A stretch of 64,000 bases of DNA from Paramoeba atlantica (taxonomy: Eukaryota > Protista > Discosea): NCBI GenBank assembly GCA_977017575.1, contig CDRNVI010000019.1, positions 1 to 64,000 of the forward strand, in the 5' to 3' direction. Each line of letters opens with the position of its first letter. The first letter of the stretch is position 1. The position numbers and the translations under genes were made by a program. Under the pieces are notes generated by a model. The model was not told the DNA's origin, did not search any database, and saw nothing but the letters and a program-made list of their open reading frames with translations. Of this stretch, positions 43,360 through 55,000 are shown piece by piece.

Positions 43360-45162
43360 TCAGAAAGTTTTTCCCCTTCGTATACATCCTTCATATGCAT
43401 TAGAAGCAATTTTTACAGATCTCCACGCATCGCGCAATGCATGTAGGGCTAATGAGGAAGACATGATGACACCCAGACCCTTGGAATCTGCTTGCACTTC
43501 AACGGATGTGTCAATATGATGCTTGGTAAAAAAATTTCTTGTTAGCACGAGGACTTCACAACGCTCCAATATTTCGTACGGAAGATGATGCCCCTCCTCG
43601 GGAATGCACAAAATAATACGAAGGCTACACAGAACACAATATATCCTTCGTAGGAAAGAACTTGTTCCTCTAATAGAAGAACAGTTTTGTTGCTTTTCCA
43701 ATCGCGATCTACCAACTTTAAGCAAAGCTCGATGAAAATCGTAAGGCTGAAATACAGAACAGGTTATATCTATCTTGCGTGCACCATTTTCGCATTTCCG
43801 ATTATATTGCACTGGATTTAGATACGGATATTCAGTGTCAAGTGCCCACCATGACAGCGCTGAAGTCTTTGAGGGTCCTTCAACGCCTACGCTGCAAATG
43901 CTAAGAAAGTTGTGACGATAATAAAGTTTCGAAGCTAAATCTGATTTTAACGAAGTTAATGAAGGTTTTTCCATAATCTCTATTCTTCTAAGAACGATAT
44001 CCAGCTTTTGCGGTATTTTAAGAAGTATCAAGGGAAGAGCTGATTTCTTTTCTTCGTGCATTAATTTGAGCGGTTCTTGACTCTTTCTCACTGCAGAGTA
44101 GAAAGTATTTACTTCGTTGCCTATCGCTGCATGACGATATACCATTGTGCTCTTATTCGCTCCGAGGCATCCTCTCGTGTTCAGTTTTCTGCGACCAACT
44201 ACGTGCGCTGTTCGTATTCCACATGCATTGGCGCTTCGTAGAATAGGTCCTAAGCTAGGATCCCCATATAACCTCACGCAAAGCACACTGACTTCCAGCA
44301 GCGAAACGCAATACAGTTCTTCCCGCTTTCCTAGAACCACATCAATGAATATTGACCAATCGCTGGATGACATATTTTGCCACAGACTTAAATACCAAAG
44401 CGCAACAGCTAAGGCACATGCCATATTGAGTGATCCTACACCTTTTGCGCTCATTGCGCAGGAGCTTAAACAGCCTGTATCAGGTACTTGAGATTCATCA
44501 AAATTAATGTATTGGGGAATGTACGCCATGTATTCATACTTATCGCTAGGTTCAGTTCGCAAACCATTTTCCTCTCCCAAGATAAACTGAATATGGGGTC
44601 GAAGTGAATCGTTTTTCCGTGCATAGAATCTTGTCCCATTTCTTCCTGTACCATACTCGAGATTAATTCTTTCCAACACACGGAGCAAACTTTCGGCGGG
44701 AGCCCAAGTCCCTGATGGCGGTGATAAAGCAATTCGAATCAGCGGAACACAGCGTTTGGACATTTTCGCAGGTGCAGAAGCTTCTCCATGTCTCAAACAA
44801 CGAAACGAATACGGGTAAAAAAGGAAGGGAAGTTCTTCACGGTATCGCACAGACTCGTTTTCAGAATTTCTACGTGGAAAAGTTTTGATATTGCTGGATT
44901 GTAGTTTTAATTGTCGGTGTGAGGCATCAGGTACTGATGCAGAATTCAAGGCCTTTCGTCGCCCATCGATGTTTAGAGACAATATGTGGATTGAAACACA
45001 AGGCTGTATTTCCAACCATAACCTTGCAAGCGACCATAAATTTCGACGAAATTTCACACCTTGAACAATGACAGAATGTGATGCTGGCAATATGATTCCT
45101 TTCCTTGGCCAAACTATTCCCATTGTCCAGGCTTCCCAAAGCACACACATGTGTGGCTGCAT
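43360..45162 (-). CDS. SpoU/TrmH-family (SPOUT) RNA 2'-O-methyltransferase-like protein with two SPOUT-like parts; start uncertain
   Basis: FILGEENG, SLNMACALAVALW, GDPSLGPILRSANACG, IPEEGHHLP..ILERCE motifs. Confidence 0.7.
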   Translation of the reverse strand: MQPHMCVLWEAWTMGIVWPRKGIILPASHSVIVQGVKFRRNLWSLARLWLEIQPCVSIHILSLNIDGRRKALNSASVPDASHRQLKLQSSNIKTFPRRNSENESVRYREELPFLFYPYSFRCLRHGEASAPAKMSKRCVPLIRIALSPPSGTWAPAESLLRVLERINLEYGTGRNGTRFYARKNDSLRPHIQFILGEENGLRTEPSDKYEYMAYIPQYINFDESQVPDTGCLSSCAMSAKGVGSLNMACALAVALWYLSLWQNMSSSDWSIFIDVVLGKREELYCVSLLEVSVLCVRLYGDPSLGPILRSANACGIRTAHVVGRRKLNTRGCLGANKSTMVYRHAAIGNEVNTFYSAVRKSQEPLKLMHEEKKSALPLILLKIPQKLDIVLRRIEIMEKPSLTSLKSDLASKLYYRHNFLSICSVGVEGPSKTSALSWWALDTEYPYLNPVQYNRKCENGARKIDITCSVFQPYDFHRALLKVGRSRLEKQQNCSSIRGTSSFLRRIYCVLCSLRIILCIPEEGHHLPYEILERCEVLVLTRNFFTKHHIDTSVEVQADSKGLGVIMSSSLALHALRDAWRSVKIASNAYEGCIRRGKTF

Positions 45163-45599
45163 TTAATCCGAAGCAACGACTTAGAATCCTCATGTACAAA
45201 TGCTACGTGGTGTTTATCAAATAATTCAACTTCATGAGTGACACTAATAAAATAACAAAAAGAGTATTATTCATTAATAATAAAGACACATACATGTATA
45301 AACGAAACTAACTCAACTATGATATTAAAAACTATTGCGGTGGTTGTACAACTACCGCTCTATCCTCGATTATTGGAAAAAAGTGAACAAAATCAGTGAA
45401 AATATAAAGAGGAAAACAGTAATGAGCCCCGCGTCACCAATAAGTGACCCCCTTATTTTTTGCATAGGGGGTCGTGGGGGGGTTATCATGCCACGTTGTC
45501 GTTCAAAATTTTGAGATCTGTACGTTCCCGCTGTTTTTAGCTCATTTTAAGACTTTAAATTTCAGTAAAAAATAGTATTTGATTTTTCAACCTTTTTTT

Positions 45600-46275
45600 C
45601 CAAAAATGCCAAAATCACCATATCGACTCCCAAGAGGGGGGCTTACTTCTAGTGGAAAGGTTCTTTTAAAGATGAGGCACGGACAAGGAGTACCAATAAA
45701 AAAGCTAGCCCGTGATTTCAACGTTTCTAGAAGGATAGTTAAAATATAAATAAACTCGTAAAACGAGAATTAAGATAATAACCCCTCTCGACCCTGCTGG
45801 AGTACCGAGATTCAATTCATCAAGGCGCATAACAGCCCAATTGAAGAAAAAGAATATACAAGTTTCAAAAAGAACAGTACAGAGAGACTTATCATCCCTG
45901 GATTACAGATATGCCGCCCGGCCGCTATGCCAAGGGCTTACCGAACACGACAAAAAGGAAAAAGAGTTCAATTTGCGTTGAATTACAATATGGATACTGC
46001 CCGTGTCATCTTTACGGACGAAAAAATATTTGATACGAATGATAGCAGAAGAAAAATGTGGGTAAGGCGCGGTCAAAAAGCAGCCCCGCGTCAAAAAGTA
46101 CGTTGGGCACCAAGATGCCAAGTTTGGGGTGCTGTAGGGGTGGGGTGGAGGTACTTGGTAATTCTACAAAATGACACATCTATTACAAGTGAGACATACA
46201 TAGAAACATTAAAAGAGGTAGATTTCCCCCCTAATCGTATTTTTCAGCAAGATAGGGCAACGGCACACACTTTCG
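45600..46275 (+). pseudogene. Tc1/mariner transposase remnant
   Basis: HTH-like GVPIKKLARDFNVSRRIV near 45690, then VIFTDEKIF...VWGAVG...FQQDRATAHT; truncated by downstream insertions. Confidence 0.8.
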
Positions 46276-46362
46276 ATGAGTACTCACCCAAACTACCATT
46301 ACAATGCGATCTGCGGTAGTTTGGATGAGTACTTTCATTTTCGTCGGAGGGCGGTAATAGTA

Positions 46363-47832
46363 CTGTACCCCCCCCCCCCTAGTTATCTGTCGCTACTTTT
46401 CGAGAAAAGGTGACAGATAACTAGGGGTGGGGTAGGGGTGCGGCAGATAACTAGGGGGGTCCGTCGCCAAAAAAAGCGAGGGAACGAAATGTTACAGAAA
46501 CAGCATCTTTATTGCCTAGGAAGATTCCTTTCTACCCCGATGGGGTACTATAAGCTGAAGACATGCGTCTACGGGTTAAAAGAAGCCCAGAGAGTAATTC
46601 ACACATTTTATTGGGTTAAAATAATTTTCTTTTTTAGGCTCTTCGTTAAACGGGGTGGTTGTTTTCAACTTAGAAGTCACTCATGCTGCGCGCTTCGCGT
46701 TGACCACCGCGTTTAACGAAGAGCCTAAAAAAGAAAATTTGGCCTGGAAAACGGAAAGATTATAGCCAAAAATAGCCGAATTTCGGGTAAAAATGGGGTG
46801 ATTTTCGCGTATTTTTGCTGTCAGAGCACTAAATCCGACATTTGCGCGTGGGAAATCACTCGTAGGCATGAATGAAAGCCTACCGAACGTATTGGGTAGA
46901 GAATGCGACTCCAACCATACCATTCTTTCGACACAAAAATGCTCCTTTAGGTCCGAAAAATACTTTTTCACCTTTTTTAGTCAAAAATGGGTCATTTTGA
47001 GGGGCGCACCACGGTTAGAAGAAGGGATACCTTGCGAAAGCAACTGCGGAGAAAGCTAGTGTAGGTCCCAAACTATCAAAATACAATAGGGGAAACGATT
47101 TTGGAAAAATATTTTTTTTGCTATTTTTTTCGCCAAGTTGAAATTTTTTTCAATTTATTTTTTCCGAAAAAATCCGAACTAGGCAGACCCGTCCTGCGGA
47201 TACGCGGGGGGGTCACCACCGGGTAGGGGGGTGGAAAATGAGCGCCAAGACCCCGGCTACCCTTTCTGGGTTTTTTTTTCGAAAACTAATTTTTTCGAAA
47301 GAATTTGCTCGACCATGACCCCCCTCCTGGACCCCCCATTTTTATCAATTTTTTTTTTCAGTTTTGGACCACCGGAGCCCCCTTTTATATTTTTTTCTTC
47401 TATTATATTACTGTGTTCCTCTTTATATTTTCACTGTTTTTGTTCACTTTTTTTTCAATAATCGAGTGTAGAGCGGTAGTTTTACAACCACCGCAATAAT
47501 TATGTTACATCCATGGGTTAAAGTAAAACATCGGGAGCTATTGGACTCCAATCACATGATGGAGGGGATACCGAAGCGGACGATGATGGGGATGATGAAA
47601 GGGATGATGATCCAATTTTCCAATTTTGACCGTAGAACGCCACGCAAAACCATTAGCCTAAAAGCAGAACAGAAAAAAATTAAACTTTCGCTTCTATTTT
47701 TATAAATTCTTCATTTTGTTTAGAAAGGCGACAGATAACTAGGTCGACGAAAAAAAAATGTTCGAAAGGCTGAAAAGCGACAGATAACTAGGGGGGTGGG
47801 GGGGGGGTGACAGATAACTAGGGGGGGTACAG
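46363..47832. mobile_element. MITE of the CTGTACCCCC family (TA duplication) carrying a nested reversed B+A element (46623-47497)
   Basis: TA|CTGTACCCCCCCCCCCTAGTTATCTGTC ... GACAGATAACTAGGGGGGGGTACAG|TA, with multiple subterminal GACAGATAACTAGG repeats. Confidence 0.8.
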
Positions 47833-48557
47833 TAGTTTGGATGAGTACTCATCGAAACTACCACAATCCCAAAAATTCAACTTGGCGAAAAAACTGGTAA
47901 ACACAATATTTTTTTAAAGTCGTTTCCCCTGTTGTATTTTGATAGTTTGGGACCTACATTAGCTTTCTGCGCCGTTGTTTTCACAAGGTACCCCTTCTTG
48001 GAGCCGTGCTGTGCCTAGAAAAATGACCCATTTTTGACTAAAAGCAAAATAGCATTATCTACCCAATACGTTCGATAGGCTTTCATTCATGCCTACGAGT
48101 GATTTCTCACACGCAAATATCAGATTTAGTGCTCTGAGAGCAAAAATACCCTGAAATGACCCCATTTTTACCCGAAAATCGGCTATTTTTGGCTATAATC
48201 TTTCCGTTTTCTTCAGCTTTCCAGACCAAATTTTCTTTTTTAGGCTCTTCGTTAAACGCGGTGGTCAACGCGAAGCGCGCAGCATGAGTGACTTCTAAGT
48301 TGAAAACAACCACTACGTTTAACGAAGAGTCTAAAATTATCCAATAGTACTGAGCCATAGTATTGAGCCATAGAGCCTAAAAATATATTTATAAGTTTAC
48401 TTCATTCACCACGAAGCGCGCAGCATTACCTTTATCATCGGACATTAACCGCCTCCTGTAATAAAGCTCTAGACAAAAAATAACCTCAAATAAATTCTTC
48501 CGTAAATACATCCTTCTCTGACAAAATTCTCATAATGCGATGAATCGTGAATATGCT

Positions 48558-49004
48558 TCAAGAAAACTGAGCCTGAAAATTGGCATTTCGTTCCAGAAGT
48601 CGCTTCTTCTTCGTTGATACTTTCGAATGGTTATGTGCTGTTGATGTACTCTTCTTTTCTGTAGAAGATTGTGTACAATGTGTATTATCCTTGTTGTCTA
48701 CATATCTTCGCCTTTGGGCGTGAAGGTTGCCTTCCCCAGTTGCACAAGAAACACAAAAATCTCGGACTCGACACTCGGCTCCACACTGAGTACATTGATT
48801 TTTTCCTGCTGATGTGCGTGCTTCTAACTCCGCGTAGATGTCATAGGAGCAACAGTGTCCCATACGAATTTTTTGTTTGTGCCTTACGTTCTTGCGAGTC
48901 GATTTTTCATGAGGTGGAAGAGATACTTGGAGTGGGCGTTGTGACACGATGGTTGTATTTCGTTGAAGACGACGCTTTCTGCGCTTTTGAGTTTTGGAAG
49001 CCAT
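48558..49004 (-). CDS. Small basic hypothetical protein with Cys pairs
   Basis: ORF on the cluster strand with CTQC..C..FCVSC; may be spurious. Confidence 0.3.
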   Translation of the reverse strand: MASKTQKRRKRRLQRNTTIVSQRPLQVSLPPHEKSTRKNVRHKQKIRMGHCCSYDIYAELEARTSAGKNQCTQCGAECRVRDFCVSCATGEGNLHAQRRRYVDNKDNTHCTQSSTEKKSTSTAHNHSKVSTKKKRLLERNANFQAQFS

Positions 49005-49280
49005 GAAGTTTTTAAATCTCTAGGTAAAGGTTCTCTTTCTAGCATAGTACACGAAGTAAAAGACGTCATGAACAAAAGCATTTTTTGAAAGAAAAGAGGA
49101 AAAGCAATTCGCATTTACGACATGCGCAAAGCGCTTGTTGTTGCTTTTTCCCTCTTGACACTGTACTTTAGATCAGTAAACATTAGATTCCCGGGGCTTC
49201 AAGTCACGTACTGGTCCACCAAATATTTCTTGCTAGCTTTTTCAACGTGATACAAATTAAGGGCGGCCGGACAGGACCGA

Positions 49281-49395
49281 TGCCTTTGGACAGATAAAAT
49301 GCCTCTGGACAGATAAAATGCCTCTGGACAGATAAAATGCCTTTGGACAGATAAAATGCCTTTGGACAAATAAAGTGCCCTCGGACAGGAAAATA
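49281..49395. repeat. 19-bp minisatellite S3 (GACAGATAAAATGCCTCTG)
   Basis: About 5 units; inverted copies at ~50660-50720. Confidence 0.9.
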
Positions 49396-49764
49396 GCCTC
49401 CCATCCATTAACCTTCCTCGCCATATTCATCAGTGGTGGAGCTCCTCCGCACGGGTAAATTAGGTCACACAGCTTTCATCTTCTCTGTGAGCTCACCCGC
49501 GCTGTTTGTCCGCGTTCCACAATCCTAGACATAGATTCTCAGTGCGCGACCCGCGCGCTGGAGCTTTGCCTCCAGAAGTGGGCTTCGCTCACGGTTGGGC
49601 CTTGCTCGCAAAAGAGGGCTTTTGCCTCCAGAAGTGGGCTTCGCTCACAGTTGGGCCTTGTCTCTGGCCAATCCTGCGGAAGGGGTAGACATAGGCTCTC
49701 AGTGCGCGACCCCGGAGGGCGCGGGTCGCCAAAAGATATAATTTTGTCCCAGCGCTAGGCACCT

Positions 49765-49940
49765 GCACCCTTATCTGTCATAGAAACTCACACCCTTATC
49801 TGTCATAAATGCACCCTTATCTGTCATAAATGCACCCTTATCTGTCATAAATGCACCCTTATCTGTCATAAATGCACCCTTGTCGGTCATAATGCACCCA
49901 TATCTGTCATAATGCACCCTTATCTGTCATAAATGCATAT
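49765..49940. repeat. 21-bp minisatellite S4 (GCACCCTTATCTGTCATAAAT)
   Basis: About 8 units. Confidence 0.9.
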
Positions 49941-50845
49941 ATATATGCATATCGCTATAATGCATATCGCTCACGCGACCCCCGCTAAATAGGGGGGGAA
50001 GGTGGTAGTTGTGGGGTATGGAGGCCTCTCGCAACTCCGGGTCCTCACCGGGAGCAAAGGTGAATTTATTGGTCTCCCCAACTTGACACTATGCGCAGCA
50101 TTCGCCAGTTTCTGTCGCAGACGTGTAAACAAGGTCTGGTCCATTGGCCCGGCCGGCCCCTCCGTGCGTTCGGCCTCTCATATTCCCCAAAACAACTACC
50201 ACCTTCCCCCCATTTATCAGGGGTCGCTCGCGCGACCCCCGCTAAATAGGGGGGGAAGGTGGTAGTTGTGGGGTATGGAGGCCTCTCGCAACTCCAGGGC
50301 CTCACCGGGAGCACAATTGAGGTTACCTATTTTCGCTCACGGTTGGGCCTTGCTCGCAAATGGGGGCTTTTGCCCCTAGAAGTGGGCTTCGCTCACAGTT
50401 CGGCCTTGACTCTGGACAATCCTGCGGAAGGGGTAGACATAGGTTCTCAGTGCGCGACCCCAGAGCGCGCGGGTCGCCCAAAAATATAATTCTGTCCCAG
50501 GGCTACACTCCCAATTGGGCCTTGCTCGCAAACGGGGGCTTTTGCCTCCAGAAGTGGGCTATGTTGACAGTTGACATTTCCCAATAATATATTTATCTAA
50601 ATGTAGCCCCGGCACTGCCATCTGTGCGGATGGTACTAACACCGACCTTTTTTATTAGTGGCATTCTATCTGTCCATTGGCATTTTATCTGTCCATTAGT
50701 CATTTTATTTGTCCAGGGACATTTGACGTGTAAAGTGGCCCAAATTAAGATGCAGAAGAAAACATGACATACATTTTCCGTTTTTGACAAGACGACTTCG
50801 GCATCATTTTACGCGAATTACGCGCTTGCCATACGACAAGCAATA

Positions 50846-51514
50846 TCAATTATTGAGCGCGATCATCTTTGGTTCATCCTCTGGGTAGGCTTCAGATGTG
50901 TACAGAGGGGACGAAAACGGCTCATAGTCTTTATAACACTGAGGAAAAACTTTCTCTACAGCTCTCTCCGCTACTCCACGACAGTTGGGGTTCTGTGATA
51001 CGGAAAGAGTGGCACGTCGCTGGACACATCGCATTCCGGCGTCTATTGGGCTGTGGTGCCCACGTCCCCACTCCGCGTTCCACAGACATTCCCCGCTGAG
51101 CCGAGAGGCACGGACTTCCGAGCAGGCATGATGGAGACAATTGGACGGGTCGACCTCTGCCCTTGCGTCGTCGTAAGCATGTATCATTTCATGCAGGAGA
51201 AGCCGATGCAGTTCATTTTCTCCCCCTCTTACTGTATTTTGGTGTAGAATAATTTGCCCCTTTGCTCCATTTGGAGTATTTTTCCAAAGATAGCCTCCTT
51301 CTACGGCATGAGAAGCTGTGTTTTCGGCGAAAGGGAGATGAACCATGCTTGTTCTAGGGAACTCTTTATGCGCGTTCTTGCTATCTACACATTTGATCAT
51401 TCTGAAGTCAAAAGGCTCTTCTGTTAGAGTTTCAATCGCGCGTGCTACGTAGCGAATAGTATTTACCGAATGAAGTGCTTTTTGGACACCTTTTTCGCAA
51501 TCTGTGTGAAGCAT
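50846..51514 (-). CDS. ATP23: Mitochondrial inner membrane protease ATP23 (peptidase M76)
   Basis: HEMIHAYD, CLHHACSEVRASRLSGEC, CVQRRATLSVSQNPNC, VFPQCYKDYEPF. Confidence 0.95.
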   Translation of the reverse strand: MLHTDCEKGVQKALHSVNTIRYVARAIETLTEEPFDFRMIKCVDSKNAHKEFPRTSMVHLPFAENTASHAVEGGYLWKNTPNGAKGQIILHQNTVRGGENELHRLLLHEMIHAYDDARAEVDPSNCLHHACSEVRASRLSGECLWNAEWGRGHHSPIDAGMRCVQRRATLSVSQNPNCRGVAERAVEKVFPQCYKDYEPFSSPLYTSEAYPEDEPKMIALNN

Positions 51515-52013
51515 CACGATTTATTGCGATTCAGTGGCCGTTTTTCGACATGCAAGAAAAAATCCATTCAAGGAGTTAACGAAATAATTTGAATATGCCT
51601 AATTGATCTTAAATAGCGAACATGCATAGCCCCTGTAGGTTATACATGTAAATATGTAAGTACCTCGAACGTATAAGCATGTCGTTTTGATCTATTTTTT
51701 AGCTAAAAGAATGATAGTATTAAAAATGCTTACATAATATTATTGTGTAATAATAATGTCTGTTTATTAAATAAACAAGCGTTTAAATCATAGAAGTTCC
51801 GAAAAAAACCAATTTTAGTTAATTCCCACAAAGTTGCTACAAAGCATTACTACAAGATGCGACTTTTTGTTTCAAAAGAACTTCATACGAACGAAACCTA
51901 TATTGCAATAAATCAGGACGGAGAACTTTCGTCAAAATGTTTTAGAGAATATGAAAACGAAGGATGCAAATCTACTGGGATAGATGGAAAACAATTTCTG
52001 TAGAGTTATCATT

Positions 52014-55000
52014 CTACTTTCGGCGAAAGAATAGACTTCTTTTTCGACATTTTTTAGGCACTCTCCTAAGTGTTATTTTTCGTAACGCGCTGTGCTGTTG
52101 AGTGATCTGTTCCCCTAATACAGAAGCTTCTGATCCACAGTGTTCTGTCCTCTCTCGCATTGTTGGTAGTGGGAGTGTGCGAATCGTTTCATGGGCACTG
52201 ATGGCCTTCCGGATAATACCGCTTCCCAAAGATTCTTTCATGCGTGCTATACGTGAGAGAAAGCCTGCCGCGCGACAAAGTTCAGTAGAACAGTGGGCCT
52301 TGTTAAGCGCTGATTGCTTCGAGTGTATGACAATTGGTGCGATCTGATGCAAAATTATGCAGTATGCCAATAATCGTGGAAGATGTTGAGTTGATATTTG
52401 CTCTTGATTCAATGCAGAATTTGACTTCATTTGAGCATATTTTTTCGGAAATAAAGGTGATACAGCTCTTCGGAGATATGTGAGGACCAAACTTTGGGTC
52501 CGTTCTGAAACTTCGATAGCGCGAGTCAATTCCGTTATCATTACAAAAAAATTGATGCAGCGATTGACTGCGTCGTTGCCATGCTCTAGGTCAAAATAAT
52601 GTACGTTAAGTGCGTGTGGCATCTCATTCGACCGAGATGTTAGACGAACCATGTTTTGAGCACCACATTGCAAGATTTGCTCAAGTTTCGAATTGGTTAA
52701 CGAAAACGAGTCTGAGCTAACCCCATCGTTGTCGCCTACGAGGCTCACAATTGGACTCAAGGAGAGACGAGAAAATACTTCAATAATTGCACCAAGTAAA
52801 GAAAATGTCATCATGCGGACATCTCCCTCACTATGAAGAATGCCACAACTCACGTGACAAGCCAATTGGAATCCTTTCCAACTCTTCGCAAAAGCAGGGC
52901 GGCTTTCTTGCAAAAAAGATGTGATTCGTACGTACGATATGAGCGCGTCCATAAGGCAGGTTAGCAAGTTTGTATTAGGCGACTGCTTCTTTTTCATGAG
53001 TGTTTCTTGTTCGTTGTCAGGAAAGATAATGTCCGAGTAGTTGAGGTTGATTTGTACTTCCAAAATTTGTATGATATGCTGACCACATGTTGCACAAAGA
53101 GAATTGAGACCACTACTCTTGAAGTACTCCTCAATATTAGAGATTTGTTCAGAAGCTCGGTGTGAAATATTTTGGAAAAGAAGCTTCGAAACACTTACCC
53201 CCGTGTATTGTACTTCTTGGTCACAATCTTGTAGCCAACTTAAAATAATGCTTTTAACTAGCGTCAGAGATTCGCCGTCTTCTAGAATGCAGGAGAGCGC
53301 CGCTGCGGCTTGTTTGCGACATTTACTTGTGCCATCGCTTGCGAGAGAATGCGCAAGCACGGACATGATGACATGCGCGTGTTCTGAAAGCACTTGCAAT
53401 GGGCATCGCTTCATGAGAACATACATTAATCTGAGAACGCCGAATCGGGCGTCATCGGTTGGACATTTAGCGTGCGAAAGAAGGATATCCATGTAGGATT
53501 GTATATGATCAAGAGGAAGATAATCAGTAAAAAATATTGCGATGATGGCCAAACATCTGTTGCGCACTCCTCCATCCGCAGTTTGGATCATAGTTTCCAG
53601 GATCTTCGGCATGATATCAACGACCTCAATGACGTTCCATCTCCGTACCATAATAACTTTCAGTAGGGATAGTGCACTTGAAACATTACGCTTATGAACC
53701 ACGTCAGCATGTATAGTCGAGACTATGACGCTAACGGTGGTCAATTCAGGTTTGCAGAATACAGGCTTCATGAGCAAAGATAACACCCTGAAGCAATTCG
53801 TCCTAATACTACCCCCACGGTCAAGAATGCCTAAGATACCCTCAAAGAGTCTCTCAACATGTTCTTCCGAAAAAGGAGATCGGTGTTGAAATATTTCTTG
53901 CAATAGAAGGAGAACAGCTTTCACTGTTTCATCGCTGGCATCATGTCGAAGAACATTCATAAGGAGAGGAAGAAAAACCGAAACGAACTTATTGCTCAAT
54001 ACATCGAGCTCTTGTGTTGTCCGAATGTCCTTTGGAGCGGTAGAATCACTTTCGGAATAGAAACTCACATGAGAAGCATTGTCCTTTTCAGAAAATGTTT
54101 GAACGCAACCGTACTGAACGTTCCTTTTTCTCCAAATTTGCTTTGATAGCAAAAGCGCCGCTTCATTTGAGACATCTCGTATTTGATGTGTTAGAATTCC
54201 TTCATTTGTCATAGTAGTTTTTCGTAGCTTCTGCTTTCGTTGCCTCGAGAGATCAAGAATAGGAGTTGACACAAAGTCAACGTCACGTCTCTCCGCAGGC
54301 AGCTGCAAAGAAAATGTATTCTCGAAATGCTTTGAGTAAGTTGCCCGTTGAACCTTACTTTCACTTTGATTCACTTGAAGCGCACTTCCGAAACCTCGGT
54401 CCTTGTCAAACTGACGAGAGATATGCTCGAGTGCAGAATAATTCGTTTCTAAGACCTGAAGAGCCAATTTCAACAAGATGTCGAAATCAGATTCCACATT
54501 TAAAATGAGTCCTTCAATAACTGCAAGCGCCATTTGACGTGCCTTGTTGACAGATACGCGGTCGGCAGTTGTCCTTTTTTCATTTTTCAAGAAGCTTTTG
54601 TGGTTGGCGTCGGGTGATAGCAACCAACGTACAGTGCTTAACATGATTTCAAATTCCATTTCAGGATTCCCGATTTCTGCCAAGAAAGTCATCCCTTCTA
54701 GCGATCGATTTTTCTTGGACTCCTTCAGTGTACGCAACTTTCGTATCGTCTTTTCTTCGCCTACTTTGCCAAAATAGCTGTCCAGAAGTATTGCTGTAAT
54801 TTCTTCACGCTTTTCTCTAATGACATTTCTTGCACATTTTGCACTGTGAATAACATCCTTACAACGTATGAGAATGTCTATAATTGTGTAGCCCAGTACA
54901 TGTACCTGGTACCCATCGGACAAGATAGCACGAGACTGCGATAAAACAAAAGGGAAATATGAAGCAAACCCGAAAGATTGTAGCACATGTGTTAGAATTT

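Noticed and set aside
51515-51552. UGA read-through N-terminal extension of ATP23
   Set aside because: The upstream ATG...TGA is in a different frame, and the CDS frame has a TAA just upstream.
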